Assembly (NCBI GenBank): GCA_040381075.1
Contig: JBEIHX010000012.1
Location: 20,557-84,556, forward strand
Source of the DNA: Hyphomonadaceae bacterium
GTDB taxonomy: Bacteria; Pseudomonadota; Alphaproteobacteria; Caulobacterales; Aquidulcibacteraceae
Direction of reading: 5' to 3'
DNA length: 64,000 nt
The notes beneath the pieces were generated by a model, which worked only from the letters and a program-made list of their open reading frames with translations, had not been told where the DNA came from and searched no databases. This document shows, one piece after another, positions 57,100 to 64,000 of the stretch. The translations under genes were made by a program, and so were the position numbers. The stretch's first letter is position 1; each line of letters opens with the position of its first letter.

Positions 57100-58085
57100 C
57101 GCGGCACGCGGTCGCGCGCCTCGGCCATGGCGAGGGCGAGATCAGCCAGGAACCAGCCGCCGCAGGCCGTCATCGCGCCGTCCGCCATCAGGCCCGCTCG
57201 CGCAGTGAGCTTGGCCTGCGCTACGGGATGGCGCGCGGCCGACCAGGTCTGAACTGCGCTCGCACGGGTGTTGAAAAAGGCTGCGATGACAAGATCCGGC
57301 GTGCGGTAGGCAAGCAGTTCGAGGGGTATCTCGGCCCAGCCATGATGCGTCGCCATCACGGACAGTCCGGCGTGGCGCATCAGATCGGCGACGAATGCGC
57401 CCTCTCCCGCGGCTGCGCCGCCCGCGGTGATGTACATGGCCTCAAGATGGCTCGCAGGCCGCGCCGCCCGCGCCCACGTGGCGTCCATGTGCGCGATCAC
57501 CTGCTCGCCGCGGGTGCGCTCGCCAAGTGCGGCGGCGACTGCGCGGATGTTTGCGCGCACCTGAGCCATATCCTGTGCGAAACCGAGTTGCACGACCGGA
57601 ATTCCGGCCGAGGCCAGCAGCTCCGGCGCCTGCGGGCCGCCGCCATACGCCCGGATCACGAGGTCTGGACGCACGCTCAGGATATCTTCGGCCGTCGGAC
57701 GGATGCGCGTCAGGCCGGCTGCTGCGTGTCGCATGTAGGAGAAGTCCTTGCCCGCGTCGACCGAGACTGCAGCGATCTGTGCGCGGTCCGCCAGTTTCAG
57801 CAGGAATTGATCAGCACAGTAATCAATGCTCGCCACGCGCAGCGGCCGCGCTTCGGGAGACAGGCCAGCCGCGTCGCCTGACGCGGCCGGCCTCGCCTCA
57901 TGGGCGCCCGCAGGCCGTTCGCCGGCCGAGAGCCAGCCTGCCACGAGCCCGCTTCCACCGAGCCCGCTTCCACCGGGCCCGCTTCCACCGGGCCCGCCTC
58001 TGCCAAGCCCGCCTCCCCAAAGCCCGACCCCCGCAAAGCCGCAGCCCAGGAGCGCGGCTGCGATCACCAGAGCCGCGGGGCGCAT
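57096..58085 (-). CDS. periplasmic substrate-binding lipoprotein (BtuF/class-8 PBP-like)
   Basis: Lipobox AALLGCG, Gly-rich linker encoded by a 15-bp tandem array, then RVASIDYCADQFLL...RPDLVI binding-protein core. 4-nt overlap with the permease gene. Confidence 0.75.
   Translation of the reverse strand: MRPAALVIAAALLGCGFAGVGLWGGGLGRGGPGGSGPGGSGLGGSGLVAGWLSAGERPAGAHEARPAASGDAAGLSPEARPLRVASIDYCADQFLLKLADRAQIAAVSVDAGKDFSYMRHAAAGLTRIRPTAEDILSVRPDLVIRAYGGGPQAPELLASAGIPVVQLGFAQDMAQVRANIRAVAAALGERTRGEQVIAHMDATWARAARPASHLEAMYITAGGAAAGEGAFVADLMRHAGLSVMATHHGWAEIPLELLAYRTPDLVIAAFFNTRASAVQTWSAARHPVAQAKLTARAGLMADGAMTACGGWFLADLALAMAEARDRVPR
57946..58035. repeat. in-frame tandem repeat inside the CDS, 15-bp unit RGCCCGCTTCCACCG x3 near-perfect + 3 degenerate
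   Basis: Read directly. Encodes (GGSGP/GGSGL)-type linker GGPGGSGPGGSGLGGSGL of the binding lipoprotein. Confidence 0.9.
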
Positions 58086-60034
58086 CAGAAATCCCCGCTC
58101 AGGCCGACATACGCCACGCGTGGAACCGACCCGTACCCCGCTGTGGTCTCATAGGTCGCGTCAAGGGCGTTCTCAACGCGCGCCGTGACTGACAGTCCTG
58201 GACGCACCTGGAAGGCCCCGCGCAGCGCCGCGAGCGTATAGCCCTTCAGGCGCGCCGTGTTTGACGCGTTGTCAAAGCTGTCGCCGATCCGCGTGACGCC
58301 AAGCGACATGTCATGGCCGCCGGCGAAACGATAGGCCATGGCCAGGCTTGCGGTCGTCTCCGGTCGGCGCGCGAGCGTGCGGTTGAAATTCGCGCTCGCG
58401 GCGGATCGGTTGCGCGCATCCAGGGCTGCGTAGCCTGCGCTGATCCGCCAGGCCTGCGAGGGCCGCAGTTCAAGCGTCGCCTCGACACCCTCGGCGAGGC
58501 TTCGCGCGATGTTGTCATAGGCGCCGAAGGGGCGGCCGGCGCAGACCGGGTCCGGACTGGTCGCGCAGGAGCGGAAGTCGATCTGGTTGCGCGAGTCGCG
58601 CCGGAAGTACGTGACGCCGCCCGTCGCCCGACCGTCGAACCAGGATCGCTCCACCCCCGCGTCCCAGGCGAAGGCTTCCTCCGGGGCCAGACGGCTGTTG
58701 CCGAAGGCGGAGAACAGCTGAAACGGCGTGGGCGGCTTGAACCCCTGACCTGCGCTTGCGCGCACGACGACATCTGCGCGGTTGATCGCCCAGGCTATCG
58801 TCGCACGGGTTGTTGTGGCGTCGCCGAAGCGATCGTCGCGCGCCTGGCGCACGCCCAGGGTGAGGGCGAGGCCCGGCGCCGGGCGCGCCTGGGCCTGAGC
58901 GTAGACTGAAAACAGATCAGCCTGCGCGACCAATGGCGCGGGGGTCGGGTTGAAACTGGATGGACTGGCGGTGCGCAGGCGCGCGCTCTCCCACTCCGCT
59001 CCGCCGGTCAGTTCAAGGTCCGGGCGCATGTCGAAGGTCGACTGGGCCTCGACGCGCCGGTTTTCGCCCAGGCCGGTAAAGGTGAGCGCGACAGCTGCGG
59101 CGGGATTGATGCTGTCGCGATCGATCCGTGTCCGGCTCACCGCCAGCCGGTTGCGCCAGCGTCCGTCCAACAGATCAAGATTGACCCCGCCGGACGCAAC
59201 GAACTCGCGCGTATGTGACCGTTCCGGCGTGTCGGCGAGGATAAACAGCGGAGCAGGAAAGCCGTCGATCCCGACAGTGCTGTCCGCATACCAGGCGCTG
59301 GTGTCGACGCTCAGCTGGTCAGCTATGTCGAAGCGCGCGCGCATGTGTGCGCCGAGGCTGCGATAGCCGTCGGCTTCGCGCCCCCCGCGCCGGCTCGACA
59401 ATGCGCTGACCCCTTCGGTCTCGTACCAGCCGGCTGCGCCGGCGACCTGAAAGCGGGCGCCGCCATAGCCTGCGCGCATGCGCGCGCTGGCGGTCCCGAG
59501 CCCGCCTCCCTCGGCCCTCAGGCCGACAGACAGCCCCGGCGCGGCGCCTTGCGTCGTGATCGCGATGACGCCGCCGATCGCCTGGCCGCCGTACAGGGTC
59601 GATTGCGGTCCCTTCAGAACCTCGATGCGCCGGACGTCGACGTCGAGCAGATTGGCGAAATTGAACCCCCCGCCGGGCGCGGCCGGGTCGTTGAGTTTGA
59701 CTCCGTCGATCAGCAGCACGGTCTGATCGGCCTCTGCGCCGCGGATGCGCACGCTGGAGACCGCGCCCACCCCGCCGTTTCGATTGTAGGCGACGCCGGG
59801 AATGTCGCGCAGCACATCCACCAGCGCCGTCGCCTGGACGCGCTTGAGGTCCTGCGCGTCGATCACTGTCACCGCACTGCCGATCTCGGTCAGCAGAGCC
59901 GGGGTGCGTGTGGCGACGACCACCACGGTGTCGCGCGCGATATCAGACCCGCCGTCACGGGTCTGGGCGAGCGCGGGTGCGGCGGCGAGTGCGGCGGCGA
60001 GCGGAAACAGCGCGCGTCTGGGCGTCATGGACAT
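58085..60034 (-). CDS. btuB: TonB-dependent outer membrane receptor, cobalamin-type by context
   Basis: Signal peptide, TonB box DTVVVVATR, plug and 22-strand barrel features, C-terminal YVGLSGDF. Directly downstream of a cobalamin riboswitch. Confidence 0.8.
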   Translation of the reverse strand: MSMTPRRALFPLAAALAAAPALAQTRDGGSDIARDTVVVVATRTPALLTEIGSAVTVIDAQDLKRVQATALVDVLRDIPGVAYNRNGGVGAVSSVRIRGAEADQTVLLIDGVKLNDPAAPGGGFNFANLLDVDVRRIEVLKGPQSTLYGGQAIGGVIAITTQGAAPGLSVGLRAEGGGLGTASARMRAGYGGARFQVAGAAGWYETEGVSALSSRRGGREADGYRSLGAHMRARFDIADQLSVDTSAWYADSTVGIDGFPAPLFILADTPERSHTREFVASGGVNLDLLDGRWRNRLAVSRTRIDRDSINPAAAVALTFTGLGENRRVEAQSTFDMRPDLELTGGAEWESARLRTASPSSFNPTPAPLVAQADLFSVYAQAQARPAPGLALTLGVRQARDDRFGDATTTRATIAWAINRADVVVRASAGQGFKPPTPFQLFSAFGNSRLAPEEAFAWDAGVERSWFDGRATGGVTYFRRDSRNQIDFRSCATSPDPVCAGRPFGAYDNIARSLAEGVEATLELRPSQAWRISAGYAALDARNRSAASANFNRTLARRPETTASLAMAYRFAGGHDMSLGVTRIGDSFDNASNTARLKGYTLAALRGAFQVRPGLSVTARVENALDATYETTAGYGSVPRVAYVGLSGDF

Positions 60035-60132
60035 CTCCCGAGAGGCGCGCAGACCATCCGCGCGCTCAGGCGATATCGCTTGTCAGGACCAGCCTGCGCC
60101 TCCGGCTGACCCTGGCCGGGAAGCAAAGCGAT

Positions 60133-60310
60133 GGCGACGGCAGGTCTCCCGGCTCACGGCTCGTCGCGTCGTCCTGGCCTTCCCATCCGGACCCGCCGGA
60201 CAGTGGCGCGCGAGAGGACTGGCTCCCCGTTCACGGTTGCAGGCACAGCCGCGGACTGGACAGGGCCGCACCACCCCGTCGACACCGCGTTCCCTATTCA
60301 CGCCCGGCGT
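60133..60310 (-). promoter_or_regulatory. cobalamin (B12) riboswitch
   Basis: On the minus strand: AAUAGGGAACGCGGUG, GCUGUGCCUGCAACCGUGA, GAGCCAGUCCUC, GCCACUG, GGGAAGGCC and B12 box GAGCCGGGAGACCUGCC, about 100 nt upstream of the btuB ATG. Confidence 0.9.
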
Positions 60311-60372
60311 GCCGGGCGACCGTCTGCGCCATCCTCTAGGCGCTAGCAGGCCGGCCTGTCAAAAGCGTCCGC

Positions 60373-60816
60373 ATGTCACACCGCAACGATTGGGCCGCCC
60401 GCGCGCCCCCAAGCCTCGACGACTTCCTGGACATCGCCGAGGAATGCTTCGCCGGACTGCCCGCCCGGTTTCGCGCCCTGGCTGGCGACATCATCTTCCT
60501 GGTGGAGGAATTCGCCAGCGATGCTGTCCTTGCCGACCTGGAGATCGACAACCCCAACGAGCTCACCGGACTCTACCAGGGCGTCGACCTCACGCAACGC
60601 AGCATGACCGATCCAGCGCCCGTCCAGCCGATGGTCTTTCTCTATCGCGGCCCGATCCTCGCAGAATGGTGCGAAGCCGGCGACCTGCCGCTCGGCGAGC
60701 TGATCAGCCATATCCTCGTGCACGAGATCGGCCATCATTTGGGCCTGTCGGACGATAAGATGGACGCGGTCCTGGCCGCCGCGGACGGCGCGGACGGCGC
60801 GGGCGCACAGGACTGA
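60373..60816 (+). CDS. zincin-like metallopeptidase family protein (DUF1025-type)
   Basis: 147 aa with ILVHEIGHHLGLSD motif and LTGLYQG. C-terminal AADGADGAGA tail comes from a 9-bp duplication. Confidence 0.7.
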   Translation: MSHRNDWAARAPPSLDDFLDIAEECFAGLPARFRALAGDIIFLVEEFASDAVLADLEIDNPNELTGLYQGVDLTQRSMTDPAPVQPMVFLYRGPILAEWCEAGDLPLGELISHILVHEIGHHLGLSDDKMDAVLAAADGADGAGAQD

Positions 60817-60836
60817 AGGGCGCCCCGCCCAGTCCT

Positions 60837-60878
60837 GCGCTCCCGGTCCAGCGCTCCCGGTCCAGCGCGCCCGGTCCC
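60837..60878. repeat. tandem repeat, 14-bp unit GCGCTCCCGGTCCA x3
   Basis: Read directly between the convergent zincin-like gene and efp. A second 14-bp duplication follows at 60881-60920. Confidence 0.85.
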
Positions 60879-60912
60879 GCGATTTCAGTCCTGCCATTTC
60901 AGCCCTGCGTGC

Positions 60913-61485
60913 TCAGTCCTTGGCGCGCTCGACGTAGCTGCCGTCGTCGGTGGAGACGATCACGCGGGTTCCGGTCGAAATGTGCGGCGGCACCATTGTG
61001 CGCACGCCGTTCGCCAGGATCGCCGGCTTGTAGGACGACGACGCCGTCTGCCCTTTCACCACCGGCTCCGTCTCGACGATTTCGAGCGTCACGCGCGCCG
61101 GCAGTTCGGCTGACAGCGGCACCCCGTTGTGCGTCAGCAGGAACACCTCCATGCCCTCGTTCAGGTAGGCTGCGCTGTCGCCCAGCAATGCCTTGGGCGT
61201 CTCGACCTGCTCGAAGGAGTCGGGGTTCATGAATACAAAACTGTCTCCCGAATCATAGAGATACGTGTGCTTGATTTCTTCCACGAACGCCTTTTCGAGC
61301 GGATCCGTGGTCTTGTAGCTGTGGGTCACCTTGGTGCCGTCGGAAATCCGGCGCATCGAGATTTCCGTCGTCGGCGTGCCCTTGCCAGGCCGGAACGTCT
61401 CAAACGAGAGAACGACGTAAAGCTTGCCGTCGTCGAGTTCCAGAACATTGCCTTTGCGCACGTCGCTTGCGATCACTTTGACCAT
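60913..61485 (-). CDS. efp: translation elongation factor P
   Basis: Start at ATG 61485: [40 protein letters not shown] (conserved PGKG loop lysine). 190 aa, three-domain length. Confidence 0.93.
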   Translation of the reverse strand: MVKVIASDVRKGNVLELDDGKLYVVLSFETFRPGKGTPTTEISMRRISDGTKVTHSYKTTDPLEKAFVEEIKHTYLYDSGDSFVFMNPDSFEQVETPKALLGDSAAYLNEGMEVFLLTHNGVPLSAELPARVTLEIVETEPVVKGQTASSSYKPAILANGVRTMVPPHISTGTRVIVSTDDGSYVERAKD

Positions 61486-61599
61486 GATGACCCTTCCGGT
61501 ATGGGGACCGCGGGCCATTCGCGGCCAACGCAGATGAGGGGATAGTTGAGTGGGCGCCCGTCATAGCCGCAGTCTTCGGCCCGGCCAAGCGGGCATCCC

Positions 61600-62787
61600 A
61601 TGACGCGCGAACGGCACGGCGAGCAGGATCCTGCGGGCGCCCAGACCGGGAGCCCAGGGACTGCGGGTCTCCAGAAGCCAGGTCCCGAGGCGTCAGGTTC
61701 CCAGGCGGCAAGTCCCCAGGCGGCAAGTCCCTGGTGGGATCGTGCGCGTCACGCCGACCGCCGGCCCGGGCTGCTCGCGCGGGCGCGGATCACACGGGCG
61801 TTGCGCGCCTGGTTCGACGCCGCCGACTTCACGCCGGTCGAATGCGCCCAGCTTGTGCCGACGCCTGGCGGTGAAACCCATCTGCACGCCTTCGCCACGG
61901 CCGCCGAGCCCGAAACCGGCGGCGCTGCAGACCCGCCCGCGGCGCACATCCGGGCCGCGCGCAGGCTTTATCTCCACACCTCGCCGGAGTTCGCCGCCAA
62001 GCGTCTGCTCGCCGCCGGAGAAACAAAAATCGTCGACTTCGCCCGCGTCTTCCGCAACCGCGAGCGCGGGCCGCTCCATGCGCCGGAGTTCACCATGATC
62101 GAATGGTACCGCGCGCATGCCCCGCTTGAGACGGTCATGAGCGACGCCCTCGCTCTGCTGCGCGTCGCCGCGGCCGCGACGGACGGCGTCCTGACCTGGA
62201 AGGGACGGCGCATCGATCCGGCGGCGCCGGCCGAGCGCCTCAGCGTGGGGCAGGCGTTCCAACGGCACGCCGGCATTGATCTGTTCGCCTCCATCACCGC
62301 TGACGGCGCGCCGGAGCGCGACCGGCTTGCCGCCAGCGCGGCTGCGATTGGCGTGAATGCGCGCGATGACGATACGTGGTCTGATCTGTTCAGCCGTATC
62401 CTGACCCAAAGGATCGAACCACATCTCGGCTGGATCGCGCCCTGTCTGCTTGTCGACTATCCGCTCTGCGAAGCCGCGCTGGCCCGTCGCTCGCCCCATG
62501 ATCCGCGCGTCGCGGAGCGGTTTGAACTCTACGTAGGCGGGGTGGAGCTGGCGAACGGCTTTGGGGAACTCACAGACCCGGACGAACAGCGTCGCAGGTT
62601 CGTGCGCGACATGGACGAGAGGGAACGCAGGTACGGCGAGCGGTATCCGATCGATGAGGATTTTCTCGCGGCCCTCGCGCACATGCCCGCAGCGAGCGGG
62701 GTGGCTCTTGGGCTGGACAGGCTGGTGATGCTGGCGGTCGGGGCCCAGCGCATCGATCAGGTGCAGTGGACGCCCCCTGGCTGGTGA
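61600..62787 (+). CDS. epmA: EF-P--(R)-beta-lysine ligase (EpmA/GenX/PoxA, class II LysRS paralogue)
   Basis: SPWWD...ARARITRALRAWFDAADFTPVE, YLHTSPEFAAKRLLAAG, FRNRERGPLHAPEFTMIEWY, VELANGFGELTDP, GVALGLDRLVML. The N-terminal ~40 aa are low-complexity and include a 15-bp duplication. Confidence 0.85.
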   Translation: MTRERHGEQDPAGAQTGSPGTAGLQKPGPEASGSQAASPQAASPWWDRARHADRRPGLLARARITRALRAWFDAADFTPVECAQLVPTPGGETHLHAFATAAEPETGGAADPPAAHIRAARRLYLHTSPEFAAKRLLAAGETKIVDFARVFRNRERGPLHAPEFTMIEWYRAHAPLETVMSDALALLRVAAAATDGVLTWKGRRIDPAAPAERLSVGQAFQRHAGIDLFASITADGAPERDRLAASAAAIGVNARDDDTWSDLFSRILTQRIEPHLGWIAPCLLVDYPLCEAALARRSPHDPRVAERFELYVGGVELANGFGELTDPDEQRRRFVRDMDERERRYGERYPIDEDFLAALAHMPAASGVALGLDRLVMLAVGAQRIDQVQWTPPGW

Positions 62788-62835
62788 CGGCGACCGGCGC
62801 GCGCGGCGCAGCGCGTCCGCCCCAGGACAGGGGGG

Positions 62836-63792
62836 TCAGCGTGACTGGCGCGCAAGCGCCTTGGCGGCGTACATGGCCTCGTCGGCGCGCTCCAGGATAA
62901 CGTGCGCCTCGTCCGTGTGGTCGAAGGTGTAAGCGCCCGCACTGGCCGCGAGGGCGATCCGGCGACCTTCGTGGCGCAGGGGGAGATCGGATATCCTTTG
63001 AACGAGGCGCTGCGCTTTAAGCCGCCCGCTCTGGAGGTCCGACTTGACGAGAATAACGCCGAATTCATCGCCGCCGAGCCGTCCGACGACGTCGGATTCC
63101 CGCACGCTTGCCTTGAGCAGCGCGGCGACAGCCTTGAGCGCGGCATCGCCCGCGGCGTGGCCATGCAGATCGTTCAGCGCCTTGAAACCGTCGAGGTCGA
63201 TGTAAATCAGCGTCGCGGTCACCTTGTAGCGTGCTGCGAACGAAGCGGCGCGCTTCAGTTCGCGCTCGAAGGCGCGTCGGTTGAACACCGGCGCCAAAGG
63301 ATCCAGATCGGCGAGCGCTTCGGCTGCAGCCAGCTGCGCACGGGTGAGCTTCAACTCCGCTTCAAGCGCAGCGATGCGTGCTTCAAGCTCCGCGCGGGCG
63401 CCTGTCCGGGGCTTCACGCGCGCTGATTGACCCAAGGACGCAGGCGGACCCAAGGACGCCGGTGCTGCTGTCGCCCGCGCCTTGGCTGGGGGCCCCTTGG
63501 CCGACGGCGCGTCGAGCGGCGGCGCGCGATCCTTTTGACGTCTGCCCCCAGGCCCGCCGTCTCCAGACCCCTTTGACGCGAGGTCCTTTACTGTCGGCGG
63601 ACGTGCTGTGGGCGGCGTTGAGGTTGCGCGCCGGGACCTGGCGCCCGATGCGCCTGAAGCGGCGAGCGATGGCCCTGCTGCAGCTTTGGTCTTGGCCCCT
63701 GCGCCATACGGCGCCGCGGCCCGGTCCCGGCCCGCCGCTGGCCTTGAGCTGAGCGCGCTCCCGCCGCGCCGCGAGGCGGTTGGTCCCGTCAC
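62836..63792 (-). CDS. GGDEF-domain diguanylate cyclase with coiled coil and long low-complexity N-terminus (frame stays open to the window end)
   Basis: DGFKALNDLHGHAAGDAALK, RxxD I-site (RESD) five residues before GGDEFGV. My translation shows no stop between 63792 and 64000, so the start may lie outside the window. Confidence 0.8.
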   Translation of the reverse strand: MTGPTASRRGGSALSSRPAAGRDRAAAPYGAGAKTKAAAGPSLAASGASGARSRRATSTPPTARPPTVKDLASKGSGDGGPGGRRQKDRAPPLDAPSAKGPPAKARATAAPASLGPPASLGQSARVKPRTGARAELEARIAALEAELKLTRAQLAAAEALADLDPLAPVFNRRAFERELKRAASFAARYKVTATLIYIDLDGFKALNDLHGHAAGDAALKAVAALLKASVRESDVVGRLGGDEFGVILVKSDLQSGRLKAQRLVQRISDLPLRHEGRRIALAASAGAYTFDHTDEAHVILERADEAMYAAKALARQSR

Positions 63793-64000
63793 GCTGGCGC
63801 GCGCAGGCTCCGCGAGGGCCGCTTTGGCGGTCCTGCCCGTACGCGCCTGCTTCGTCGGGGCCAGCGCCTGCCCGGTTCCAGGCTTTGCCGCCGCCCGCGC
63901 GCCTTCGGCCGCCTTCGGCCCGGCCGCCGTCCCCCGGGCCGTTTTGGTCTTGAGCGTCGCGCCCCCTGACCTGGCGTCCCCTGACTTGTCCCCCCCCGAC

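Noticed and set aside
55076-57208. 710-aa ORF on the + strand
   Set aside because: It is antisense to the ABC ATPase and permease genes and has a low-complexity Arg/Ala/Pro/Ser composition. It is a GC-driven open frame.
1-64000. Genomic island, prophage, mobile element, or defence or toxin-antitoxin system
   Set aside because: There are no integrase, transposase, phage, tRNA or direct-repeat boundaries, no compositionally deviant block apart from short AT-rich promoter patches, and no recognisable defence-gene domains. The gene content is core housekeeping throughout.

Overview
GC-rich (about two-thirds G+C by eye) chromosomal segment with alphaproteobacterial hallmarks: an RcdA-like DUF1465 gene next to a DUF1192 gene, mmcB, mtaB-ftsY order, phoR...pstB-phoU-phoB, and CtrA-type and GTTC-N7-GTTC motifs. 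I support 49 protein-coding genes, nearly all housekeeping or core metabolism:
- Replication, repair and translation: accA (partial), dnaX, ftsY, mtaB, rpmE, mutL, mpl, efp/epmA.
- Central and fatty-acid metabolism: sucD-sucA-sucB, etfBA-hbd-udk, bdhA.
- Transport: an OMF-MFP-RND efflux operon, a P-type ATPase, and a cobalamin-riboswitch-controlled btuB plus BtuFCD-like operon.
- Peptidases: ptrB and an M13 peptidase.

I found no tRNA, rRNA, transposase, integrase, CRISPR/cas or recognisable defence genes, and no convincing novel multi-gene system.

The unusual signals are structural and regulatory:
1. About 25 unrelated short tandem-repeat arrays (units mostly 12-16 bp, 3-4 copies, up to about 13) fill intergenic spacers and spill in frame into gene termini.
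2. One 310-bp spacer is a mosaic of five different arrays.
3. Conserved operons are broken: sucD has no sucC, and phoR abuts pstB with no pstCA. A G-run 12-mer array sits between a Pho-box-like site and pstB.
4. A perfect TTAA-N7-TTAA (CtrA-type) site and a GTTC-N7-GTTC (SOS-box-type) site lie upstream of dnaX.
5. There are a few poorly characterised proteins: a TrkA-N/RyR-domain membrane protein, an RraB-like two-domain protein, a degenerate Smr-like protein next to mmcB, and a membrane-anchored helical protein next to piuC.

All functional calls rest on motif recognition in the translated ORFs. No database search was possible.
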